A DNA stretch of 64,000 bases from Bacillota bacterium (GCA_021806565.1 JAJZXK010000004.1:11445-75444), one strand, 5' to 3'; counted from the first letter of the stretch, positions 25,524-33,443 are shown. Made by a program: numbers and translations. Notes: generated by a model from the sequence alone, not told the origin.

Positions 25524-25973
25524 CTACGTACCGCACTGCGGCGGCACGTGCGCCAGCACCTCCCTCAACCGCTCCCGCACCTCGGCGGGAAGGCGCGCGA
25601 AGAACTCCGTCTCCGCCGCCGCCACGGCGGCCGTGGCGGCCAAACAGCAGCGCCCACCCTCTGCCGTCAGGCATGCCAGCACCCCACGCCGATCACGGGA
25701 ATCCGGAGCCCGGCGCACCAGCCCGTCGGCCTCAAGCCGATCCATCAACTGCGTCACGTTGGACTTCGCGCAGCCCAGGCGCTCAGTGATCTGGCCCAAC
25801 GGTAGAGGCTCGGCGGCAGTCACGAGGGCGCGCAACACCTCCAGCTTGGCGAGCGACACGCCGTGCGCTCCCGCCGCAGCCTCCAGCCGGGCCAGCAGGC
25901 CGTGACTCAAAGCGAAGAGCTTGAGTGTCAACGGGCTCAGCGGCCCGGTGTCTTCCAGCGGGCGCTCGTCCAT
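25524..25973 (-). CDS. MarR-family transcriptional regulator
   Basis: ORF 25524..26252; real start ATG 25973 (MDERPLE). GVSLAKLEVLRALVTAAEPLPLGQITERLGCAKSNVTQLMDRLEADGLVRRAPDSRDRRGV is a MarR winged HTH. Confidence 0.85.
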   Translation of the reverse strand: MDERPLEDTGPLSPLTLKLFALSHGLLARLEAAAGAHGVSLAKLEVLRALVTAAEPLPLGQITERLGCAKSNVTQLMDRLEADGLVRRAPDSRDRRGVLACLTAEGGRCCLAATAAVAAAETEFFARLPAEVRERLREVLAHVPPQCGT

Positions 25974-25979
25974 GCATGA

Positions 25980-26008
25980 ACTATATGCTGCCACCACCGC
26001 ACCGTCAA
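25980..26008 (-). promoter_or_regulatory. predicted marR promoter; transcript probably leaderless
   Basis: Minus strand reads TTGACG (26003-26008), a 17-nt spacer, TATAGT (25980-25985), 6 nt, then ATG 25973. Confidence 0.5.
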
Positions 26009-26481
26009 CTGGGCCCGTCGCGTCCATCCGGCGCAGGACGGAACCCGCCCCTTGGCGGGCGGCCGGGGCGACGGCACGCGAGTAGCGGGCAAAGGCGGCG
26101 CGCCACCAGGGCGGCCAGCCGGCCGCGCAGGAAGTAGCTGGCGTCCACCTCGCCCAGCTACTCCGAGGGGAACGAGCCCGGCCAGGCGCGGGCAGGTCCC
26201 CGCCGCCGACAGCCGCAGTTCGTGGGGGGTCGAACCTCTGCTGGTTTGCCAAACCTCTTCATCGGGGTGGAGATGCCTTGACGGGCTGACGCCGTGAGCC
26301 GCACTCGCGCACGTATACTGGCAATTAGAGCCCTGCGACCGGCATTCGTGCAATCGCAGCGAAGAGAGGAAGCAAGGTGGCACGGACCAAGGGGCAACTC
26401 GGTATTTCAGGTGCCGACTGGCCACAATCTGGTCACGGGACCCGCCCGCCCTTGATTTAATGCGGGTCTCGGCGTTCAAAC

Positions 26482-26837
26482 TGGTGGAGGTGGGGAGGAG
26501 CTGCCCCTCCCGTCCGCGAGCGTGCCCCCGGCGACCTCTACAGGCTTAGTCCCCGATCATGGTCATCGCCCGCGCAACTGCCCCGGGGACGGGGTCTGCG
26601 CGCGCCAGGCGGCATTCTCTCGCCCGCAAACCGCACCGCCCGGCGGTCCACGAGCCAGCCCGCTTCATGACGCCGGGTCCGGCCCCACGGGCTCAGGCCG
26701 GTCGGCGGCAGTCGCCTATTAGGCGGCTACAGGAAGAGTGTTGTTGGCACTTGAGTGCCTTGCACGGGATTTACGAGACCGTGCGGCTCGGCCTGCCATC
26801 GCCGTCTGCGCCACCCACGTCGAACCTACGCACCCCC
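26482..26837 (-). ncRNA. ssrA: tmRNA (transfer-messenger RNA)
   Basis: The 5' end reads GGGGGUGCGUAGGUUCGACG and the 3' end reads CACCUCCACCA. The acceptor stem GGGGGUG/CACCUCC has the G3:U wobble. The tag frame GCC AAC AAC ACU CUU CCU GUA GCC GCC UAA UAG encodes ANNTLPVAA (26716-26748). The gene lies 48 nt downstream of smpB. The T-arm is atypical (see findings). Confidence 0.85.
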
Positions 26838-26885
26838 ATGCGGTGTTCACGATCCAACCACAGTATACCACGCCCGCCCCCACCG

Positions 26886-27368
26886 TTACAGACCGCGGCT
26901 TCGAGCCGCCATGGAACGGTCCAGGTCGCGACGCCGGTCCCGGTCGGCGATGGCCTCGCGCTTGTCATAGGTGTGCTTGCCGCGCGCCAGACCGATCTCC
27001 ACCTTGGCCCGGCCGTCCTTTAGGTAGAGGCGCAGGGGGACGAGCGTGCGGCCGCCCTGGCGCGCAAAGCGCAGCATCTCGGCGATTTCATGCCGGTGCA
27101 GCAACAGCTTGCGCGGGCGGTCCGGCTGGTGGTTCCAGCGGTTTCCGAAGCTGTAAGGGGCGATGTGCATGCCCAATAGCCAGCATTCACCACGCTCGAT
27201 CCGGGCGAAGGCCTCGCTGATCTGCACACGCCCGGCGCGCAGCGAGCGGATCTCCGTGCCCACCAGCACCAGGCCGGCCTCGACGCGCTCCTCGATGAAG
27301 TAGTCGTACCGCGCGCGCCGGTTTTCAGCGATCGACCGCTGCGCCGCTTCGGTCTCGCGCGCGCCCAC
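26886..27368 (-). CDS. smpB: SsrA-binding protein
   Basis: IAENRRARYDYFIEERVEAGLVLVGTEIRSLRAG...WLLGMHIAPY...RPRKLLLHRHEI are canonical SmpB motifs. GTG start with GAGGGGG SD. Confidence 0.95.
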   Translation of the reverse strand: MGARETEAAQRSIAENRRARYDYFIEERVEAGLVLVGTEIRSLRAGRVQISEAFARIERGECWLLGMHIAPYSFGNRWNHQPDRPRKLLLHRHEIAEMLRFARQGGRTLVPLRLYLKDGRAKVEIGLARGKHTYDKREAIADRDRRRDLDRSMAARSRGL

Positions 27369-27533
27369 ACACCCACCCCCTCGCCACGCCTGCGCGGACG
27401 GTCACCCAGTATAGCACCGCGACGGCACACCCGGCGGCCCAACGCGGACCCTGCAAAGCGCGGAGCCGCCCGGTGGCCACACACGGGCCGAGCCGGACGG
27501 CTCCAGCAAAACCCTTCCCGTCAGGCCCCAGTG

Positions 27534-27830
27534 CTACCCCCCCGCCACCGCTGGCAGGATCGAGACACGCGCACCGGGCCCCAGGTCGGTGTCCAGGCCC
27601 TGCAGGAAGCGGATATCCTCATTGTCCACAAACACGTTGACGAAGGCCCGCAGCGAGCCGTCCTCCTCGCACAGCCGCGCCTTCAGCCCGGGATACGACC
27701 CGTCGAGCGCGGCGATCACCGCGCGCAGCGTCCCAGGCGCCGTGCGCAACTCCCCCTGCCCACCGGTCAGACTGCGCAACGGAGCCGGCACCCGCACCAC
27801 GACTTCGGTCCCTGCGGCCAAGACTTCCAC
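27534..27830 (-). CDS. ThiS/MoaD-family sulfur-carrier protein ending in Gly-Gly
   Basis: ORF 27534..27950. GTG 27830 follows GGAGGAGG. The ~98-aa protein reads VEVLAAGTEVVVRVPAPLRSLTGG...FVNVFVDNEDIRFLQGLDTDLGPGARVSILPAVAGG-stop, consistent with a beta-grasp carrier with a C-terminal GG. It starts 38 nt after the ThrC-like stop. Confidence 0.75.
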   Translation of the reverse strand: MEVLAAGTEVVVRVPAPLRSLTGGQGELRTAPGTLRAVIAALDGSYPGLKARLCEEDGSLRAFVNVFVDNEDIRFLQGLDTDLGPGARVSILPAVAGG

Positions 27831-27867
27831 GCCTCCTCCAAACCTCACTGCCAGAGACGGACGGCCC

Positions 27868-29103
27868 TCAGGCCACGGCGCCGGCCATCGTCGCCTCGAA
27901 GGCCTCAAGCGTCGGCTCGATCTCCCGCGCCGGTGCCACCACCGGGGCAACCGCGTCCGGCGTCTTCAACCCGTTGCCCGTGATATACAGCACCACGGTC
28001 TCATCCGGGTCAATCCGTCCCGCGGCGGCCAGCCGCCGCGCGCACGCGACCGTCACACCGCCAGCCGTCTCCGCGAAGATTCCCTCCGTCGACGCCAAGA
28101 GCTGGATCCCGGCCACGATCTCCTCGTCTGTGGCCATTTCGGCCGCACCACCGCTGTTGCGGATGGTCCGCAGCGCCAAGTCGCCGTCGGCCGGGTTGCC
28201 GATGGCCAGGGACTTGGCGATCGTGTTGGCCTTCACCGGGGAGACGCGCTCGGCGCCGCTGTGGAAGGCGCGGCTGACGGGCGCGCAACCCGCCGCCTGC
28301 GCCCCGGAAACCCTCGTGCGGCCCGGCGGAATCCAGCCGAAGTCCCGCATCTCCCGCAATCCCTTGGCGATCTTGCTGAGCACCGACCCGCCGGCGATCG
28401 GGACGACCACGTGGTCCGGCGCCTTCCATCCGAGTTGCTCCGCCGTCTCATAGGCCAGGGTCTTGCTGCCCTCCGAATAGAACGGGCGCAGATTGATGTT
28501 GACAAAGGCCCAGCCGAAGACATCGCCGACCTCGCTGCACAGGCGGTTCACCTGATCGTAGCTGCCGCGCACCGCGACGAGCCGGGTGCCATAGACGGCC
28601 GTGTTGACCACCTTGGCCGGCTCGAGGTCCGCCGGGATGAACACGTAGCTCTGCAGGTCCATCTTGGCGGCGTGGGCGGCGACCGAAGCCGCCAGGTTAC
28701 CGGTGGAGGCGCAGGCCAACACCCGGTACCCAAAGCCGACGGCCGCCGAGGTGGCAACCGCGACGACCCGGTCCTTGAAGGAGTATGTCGGGTTCACCGC
28801 GTCGTTCTTGATGTAGACGTGGCGTAGGCCCAGGGCCCGCGCCAGATTGTCGGCCCGCAAAAGCGGGGTGAACCCGGTCCCCAGATCGACCACCGGGGCG
28901 TCGTCCGCCAGCGGCAACAGCGCGCGGTAGCGCCACATCGACACCGGTCCGCGCTCGAACTGTTCCGGACGCACCTCCCGGGCGATGGCCTCATAGTCGT
29001 ATTCCAACTCCAGCGGTCCGAGGCAATCGGCGCAAACGTGGACCGGTGCCAGCGCCGAGCGCTTGCCACAGGCGCGGCAGCGCAACCCAAGGACATATGC
29101 CAA
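27868..29103 (-). CDS. threonine-synthase-family PLP enzyme with N-terminal Cys4 zinc ribbon
   Basis: ORF 27868..29418. GGAGGGGGG SD lies 8 nt before TTG 29103. CRACGKRSALAPVHVCADC ribbon. The PLP-lysine motif is NPTYSFKDRVVAVA. GNLAASVAAHAA and the rest are ThrC-like. Confidence 0.85.
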   Translation of the reverse strand: MAYVLGLRCRACGKRSALAPVHVCADCLGPLELEYDYEAIAREVRPEQFERGPVSMWRYRALLPLADDAPVVDLGTGFTPLLRADNLARALGLRHVYIKNDAVNPTYSFKDRVVAVATSAAVGFGYRVLACASTGNLAASVAAHAAKMDLQSYVFIPADLEPAKVVNTAVYGTRLVAVRGSYDQVNRLCSEVGDVFGWAFVNINLRPFYSEGSKTLAYETAEQLGWKAPDHVVVPIAGGSVLSKIAKGLREMRDFGWIPPGRTRVSGAQAAGCAPVSRAFHSGAERVSPVKANTIAKSLAIGNPADGDLALRTIRNSGGAAEMATDEEIVAGIQLLASTEGIFAETAGGVTVACARRLAAAGRIDPDETVVLYITGNGLKTPDAVAPVVAPAREIEPTLEAFEATMAGAVA

Positions 29104-29150
29104 CGCGCGAGCCCCCCTCCGCCTGGCCCGCCATGGGAGCGGACCGGCAC

Positions 29151-29315
29151 AAAAAAACCCTTCCGGCGAGGAAGAGGGCGTTTTGGGCTCCTGTCTTCCT
29201 CTCATCTTCCAGGCCGTCAACGACCTGCCGGAATTGGCACCGCACCTGCACCATCTGCAGGCCGGTTGCCGGGTTTCATCGGGCCAGTCCCTCCACCTCT
29301 CTCGATAAGAGAGAA
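29151..29315 (-). promoter_or_regulatory. SAM-I (S-box) riboswitch with intrinsic terminator
   Basis: Minus strand reads CTCTTATCGAGAGAGGTGGAGGGACTGGCCCGATGAAACCCGGCAACC...GGTGCCAATTCCGGCAG...GAAGATGAGAG, a near-consensus S-box core with P1 CTCTTATC/GATGAGAG. It is followed by CCCTCTTCCTCGCCGGAAGGGTTTTTTT (29151-29180). It sits in the leader of the ThrC-like gene. Confidence 0.9.
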
Positions 29316-29432
29316 ACCTATGAAGTTGTAGTACTTCCTCTGGAACACGCTCCTCACACAGACGGGAGCCGCTTTCCAGACTTCGCCCCCCTGAGCATGC
29401 CTTCCAATCCGGGAGCACGCTTCATAATCTGC

Positions 29433-29461
29433 ATTATATGAGACGCGGCGCCAGGAGGCAA
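29433..29461 (-). promoter_or_regulatory. predicted promoter upstream of the S-box leader
   Basis: Minus strand reads TTGCCT (29456-29461), a 17-nt spacer, then TATAAT (29433-29438). This is about 110 nt upstream of the aptamer. Confidence 0.5.
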
Positions 29462-29505
29462 CAGGGGCAGGTCCGCCCCCCCCGCAGCCGGCCGTGCGGG
29501 CCGCG

Positions 29506-31013
29506 TCAGGCGCGGCGCAGGGCCTCCACCGGTTCGAGTTCGGAGGCGAGGTAGGCCGGATAGGTGCCAAACAGCACCCCGATGCCGGCGGCGGCCAGAA
29601 GGGCCACCCCCAGCGCGCCCGGCAGAGGCGCAGCCTTGACCCCGTAGTGCTGCAGCAGCCGCACCCCACCGAAGCCCGCCAGCCACCCGATCGCCCCGCC
29701 TACCCCGCACAGCAGCAGGGCCTCCAGCACGAACTGATACAGCAGATCCCCCTGCAGCGCGCCCAGGGCCTTGCGCAGTCCGATCTCCACCGTCCGCTCC
29801 CGCACCGAGACCAGCATGATGTTCATGACGCCGATCCCACCGACCAGCAACGAGACGCCCGCGATCGCCGTCAGCATCAGCGTCAGCACACGATTGGCCG
29901 CGTCGGCCTGCTTGACCAGTGCATCCAGGCTCTGCACCGAAACCGCGGGCCCACCGCCGCCCGGCAACACCAGTTGGCCGCCACCGCCGCCACCGAAGCA
30001 GCCCATGCACATCCCAAAGCCGCCCGGTCCCGGGAAACCGCCCGTAAACGGGCCGAACCGCTTGAATCCACCCGGGATCGCGCCGCCGGACGCACCGAGA
30101 TGGAAGATGTATCCGAGGATCCGCTGGGTCTGCAGCACGGCCGGCTCCACCTGGGAGCGGCTCTTGGCCTTCATCCAGATGGCGGACACCTCGGTGTTGT
30201 CGGTCAGCCACTCGGCCGTCCGCTCCGGGATCAGGACGCTGGCGCCGATACCGGCCCCGAGGGCCACGGTCTGCTGGGCGGACGGATGACCGCCGCTCGT
30301 GCCGCCACCGCTCGTGCCGCCGCCACCACCCCGGGTGCCCGTCGAGGCGCCCGAAGTGCCGCTCGCGCTCGAACTGGAACTGGATGCCCCGCCAGAGAGG
30401 GCGGGCAGCGACCCCAGGGGAACGGCGCCCGGCTGGGCCGCCAGCACGCCGATCACCCGGAAGGGCACCTGCCCGATATAGATCTGCTGGCCGACCGGGT
30501 CCAGACCCCGAACAGGCCGACGGCCGCCGAATGCCCCAGGACCGCCACATCCAGCGCGTGGCGTTCCTCCGTGGCGTTGAAAAAGGTGCCCGCCGCGATC
30601 TTCGCCTTGCGGATGTGGAGCAGTGCCGGGGTCACGCCCAGCACGGTCGGGGACGCCGAGGCCCCGGAACCCATCATCCGCCAGCGCACCGGCGCGCTCA
30701 GGCCGACGACCGGCATGACCGCCGACGCAAAGGGTACGCCGCCGGCCAACGTCGCGGCCGTGGCCCGGGTCAGGCGGATCATGCCGCTGTGGCTCTGGAT
30801 GCTGATCACGTTCGTCCCCAGGGCCTGGTATTGCGCCGCCACCGCGCGGCGGGCCCCCTGACCCACCGCCAGCAGGCTGACGACGGAAGCCACCCCGATG
30901 CTGACGCCGAGCACGGTCAACACCGAGCGCAGGCCTCCGGTGCGCACCCCGTCGAACGCGACCTCGAGCCCGGCCACGAGTCGCACCAGCCAACCCCAGA
31001 TCGTGCCGAGCAT
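29506..31013 (-). pseudogene. MacB/FtsX-type ABC permease, reading frame broken by a 1-nt shift in a G-run
   Basis: The N-terminal part is in frame of ORF 30453..31337, from ATG 31013 (MLGTIWGW...GLRSVLTVLGVSIGVASVVSLLAVG...AVGLFG). The C-terminal part is in frame of ORF 29506..31143 (LDPVGQQIYIGQVPFRVIGVLA...VSLLVGGIGVMNIMLVSVRERTVEIGLRKALGA). The frames join at the CCCC run 30506-30509. This could be a sequencing error. Confidence 0.6.
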
Positions 31014-31015
31014 CC

Positions 31016-32707
31016 CTATCCCTTCCCCGTCGCGACCGGATGGGCCGCTGGCCGGGCGACCCCGCCCGAGTGCACCGCCACCACACCGCCGCTGGGCAAC
31101 GGGTGGGCCAGGACCGGGGATCCACCCTGCACCTTCGCACCACCGCTGGCCGCGGTCGTGCCCGCGGTCGGTGCCTGGCCGGCCATGCCGGTCACGACCG
31201 GCGCGCCGGACTTCAACCCCGAGAGGATCTGGGCCCAGTGGCTGTTGACCAGTCCGACCTTGACCCGCACCGGTTGAGGCGCACCGTCCTGCAGCACCTC
31301 CACCTCGGTGTGGGTCCCCTGCTGGATCAGGGCCCACACCGGAACGAGCAGGGCGTTCTTGACCGTGCGGATCACGATGCGAGCGTCCGCCGTCATGCCG
31401 GGCTTGAGGGCGGAGGTGTGGGAGACGGTGATCGCGACCGAGAAGGTGGCCAGGCCGTTTTGGGAGTTCTGACCCATGCTGGCGACGTTCTGCACCCGGC
31501 CCTGGAACACCCGGCCCGGCAGCCCCGGGCTCGTGATCTCGACGGGCTGGCCCGCGTGCACGTTGGCCACCTGCAGTTCGTCGACGTTGATGTTCAGGTT
31601 CATGCTGGAGTTATTGAAGACGTTGCCGAAGAACTGGCCGGAGTTCACCGACTCCCCCGCGTTCAGGTTGAGGAAGCCAACCACCCCGTTGAGTTTGGAA
31701 CGCACCGTCAGCGCCTTGAGGTGCTGCTCGTCGATGTGCAGCGTGGTCAGGTCCTGTGCCACCGTCGCCTGGGCCTGCTCGATCGCGGTCACCGCGCCGG
31801 AGCCGCCGAGCACCAACAGCGGTTGGCCGTTGGTCACCCAACCGTTGTCCTGCACGCCGACGCTCTGGACCGTGCCGGCCACCGGCGCGTTGATCACCGT
31901 CGAACGGCCGTAACCGCTCACGACCGTCTTGTGCGGCAGGGTATAGGTGCCATGCGGGGTCTGGATGGTAACGCGGCCCTTGAGCCCCGGGGTCACCAAC
32001 CCAGGGTTTTGCAACTGGATGGTCGCCGGGTACGTCACGACCCCCTGGCTGGGCGTCGGGTTGGGAGAAATCGCGGTGATGACGCCGTCAACATGGCCCG
32101 CAAACTGTGAAAAGCGCACGGTGACCGGATCCCCGACCGCCGCCACCTGGTAGTCGTACGGGACCAGGCCGGCCTGCATCACCACTTTGGCGTCATCGAC
32201 CACAGTGGCCAGCACCTGACCCGAGGTCACGGTCTGACCCTGCGCCGCCTTGAGGTGCACCACCCGGCCCGTCTGCGGTGCATAGACCGTGATCCCACGG
32301 TTGGGCTGCACCCCGGACACCTGGCTGAGGGGGACCCCGGCCGTGGTGGCCAGCGCCTGCTCGTCCCGCTGCAGGCGCACCTTGTCCTGTTGGATGGTGT
32401 CCACGATGGACGGATTCCGGAGGGTCGCCAGCACCTCGCCCCGGTGGACGACCGATCCCTGGTGGACGTCGACCTTGACGACCGTACCGGTGACCGGGAT
32501 CTGCAGCCCGTTGGCGAACTGCGGGTTGAGCGGCCCGAAGCCGACCACGTCGGCCACCATCGTGCCGCGGTGCGCGTGCGCCACGGCATACACCGGCTTG
32601 GCCGGCGCCGCCGCCACGGCCAACCGCTTGCGGGCGTAATACGCCCCGCCGCCAACCGCTGCCAACACCAGGGCCCCCGCCACCAGCCCCCTAACCCGCA
32701 CTCCCAT
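31016..32707 (-). CDS. efflux-pump periplasmic adaptor (HlyD/MacA family)
   Basis: ORF 31016..32797; ATG 32707 (MGVRVRGLVAGALVLAAVGGGAYY membrane anchor). Biotinyl-lipoyl-like and beta-barrel segments (VHQGSVVHRGEVLATL, VGDPVTVRF, AGQPVEITS). The start overlaps the ATPase stop by 17 nt. The stop lies 2 nt before the permease ATG. Confidence 0.85.
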   Translation of the reverse strand: MGVRVRGLVAGALVLAAVGGGAYYARKRLAVAAAPAKPVYAVAHAHRGTMVADVVGFGPLNPQFANGLQIPVTGTVVKVDVHQGSVVHRGEVLATLRNPSIVDTIQQDKVRLQRDEQALATTAGVPLSQVSGVQPNRGITVYAPQTGRVVHLKAAQGQTVTSGQVLATVVDDAKVVMQAGLVPYDYQVAAVGDPVTVRFSQFAGHVDGVITAISPNPTPSQGVVTYPATIQLQNPGLVTPGLKGRVTIQTPHGTYTLPHKTVVSGYGRSTVINAPVAGTVQSVGVQDNGWVTNGQPLLVLGGSGAVTAIEQAQATVAQDLTTLHIDEQHLKALTVRSKLNGVVGFLNLNAGESVNSGQFFGNVFNNSSMNLNINVDELQVANVHAGQPVEITSPGLPGRVFQGRVQNVASMGQNSQNGLATFSVAITVSHTSALKPGMTADARIVIRTVKNALLVPVWALIQQGTHTEVEVLQDGAPQPVRVKVGLVNSHWAQILSGLKSGAPVVTGMAGQAPTAGTTAASGGAKVQGGSPVLAHPLPSGGVVAVHSGGVARPAAHPVATGKG

Positions 32708-33443
32708 CCACCCCTTCGGTCTCAGCCCAGGATGCCAACAGTTGCTCGGCGGACAGGCGGTCGGCCACCGCCTCCTGCGAAGCGATGCGGCCGTCACGCA
32801 ACCGGATCAGTCGCGAACCGTGGCGCGCGATATCCGGCTCGTGGGTGACCTGGATGATCGTCTGGCCGGCGGCGTTGAGTTGCTGGAAGAGCGCCATGAT
32901 GCCCTCGCCGGTGCGGCTGTCCAGGGCACCGGTCGGCTCGTCGGCCAAAATGAGCGCGGGCTCCGCGATCAGCGCCCGGGCAATCGCGGCCCGCTGCTGC
33001 TGCCCGCCGGAAACCTCCGTCGGCCGGCGGTCGCCCAGTTGCTCGATGCCGACGGCGGCCAGGACATCCAGCACCCGGCGGCGGCGCGCCATGGCGCCGA
33101 TGCCGCGGTAGACCAGCGGCATCGCGACGTTGGCGGCCAGGGTGAGCCGGGGCAACAGGAAGAAGCTCTGAAAGACGAAACCGATGCGGCCGTTGCGCTC
33201 ACGGGCCAGACCCCGCCCGCCCAGCCGCTCCATCGGACGGCCCGCCAAGCGGTACGTCCCCTCACTGGGACGGTCCAACAATCCCAGCAGGTTCATCAGG
33301 GTGGACTTACCCGAACCCGACGGGCCCATCACCGAAACGAACTCGCCGGGTTCGACCTCGAGGTCCACGTCGCGAACCGCCAGCACCGCGGTCCTGCCCG
33401 TCCCGTAGCGCTTGGTGATCCCCTTCAACTCGATGAGTGCCAC
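32691..33443 (-). CDS. MacB-type ABC transporter ATP-binding protein
   Basis: ORF 32691..33533. GGGGAGGGGG SD precedes GTG 33443. LIELKGITKRYGTG...GPSGSGKSTLMNLLG, LSGGQQQRAAIARAL, LILADEPTGALD. Confidence 0.9.
   Translation of the reverse strand: MALIELKGITKRYGTGRTAVLAVRDVDLEVEPGEFVSVMGPSGSGKSTLMNLLGLLDRPSEGTYRLAGRPMERLGGRGLARERNGRIGFVFQSFFLLPRLTLAANVAMPLVYRGIGAMARRRRVLDVLAAVGIEQLGDRRPTEVSGGQQQRAAIARALIAEPALILADEPTGALDSRTGEGIMALFQQLNAAGQTIIQVTHEPDIARHGSRLIRLRDGRIASQEAVADRLSAEQLLASWAETEGVDGSAG

Noticed and set aside
26226-26273. T-loop-like GGTTCGACC and a CATCTCCACC string on the minus strand downstream of ssrA. These might have been a displaced original tmRNA 3' end (an att duplicate).
   Set aside because: The two pieces are in the wrong order and spacing for a T-arm plus acceptor. 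No stem can be drawn, and identity to the real ssrA 3' end is limited to about 7-9 nt.
29217-29669. A 150-aa minus-strand ORF covering the S-box leader region.
   Set aside because: It overlaps a near-consensus SAM-I aptamer, its terminator and the 3' end of the permease gene. The translation has no motif, and the region is explained by the riboswitch.
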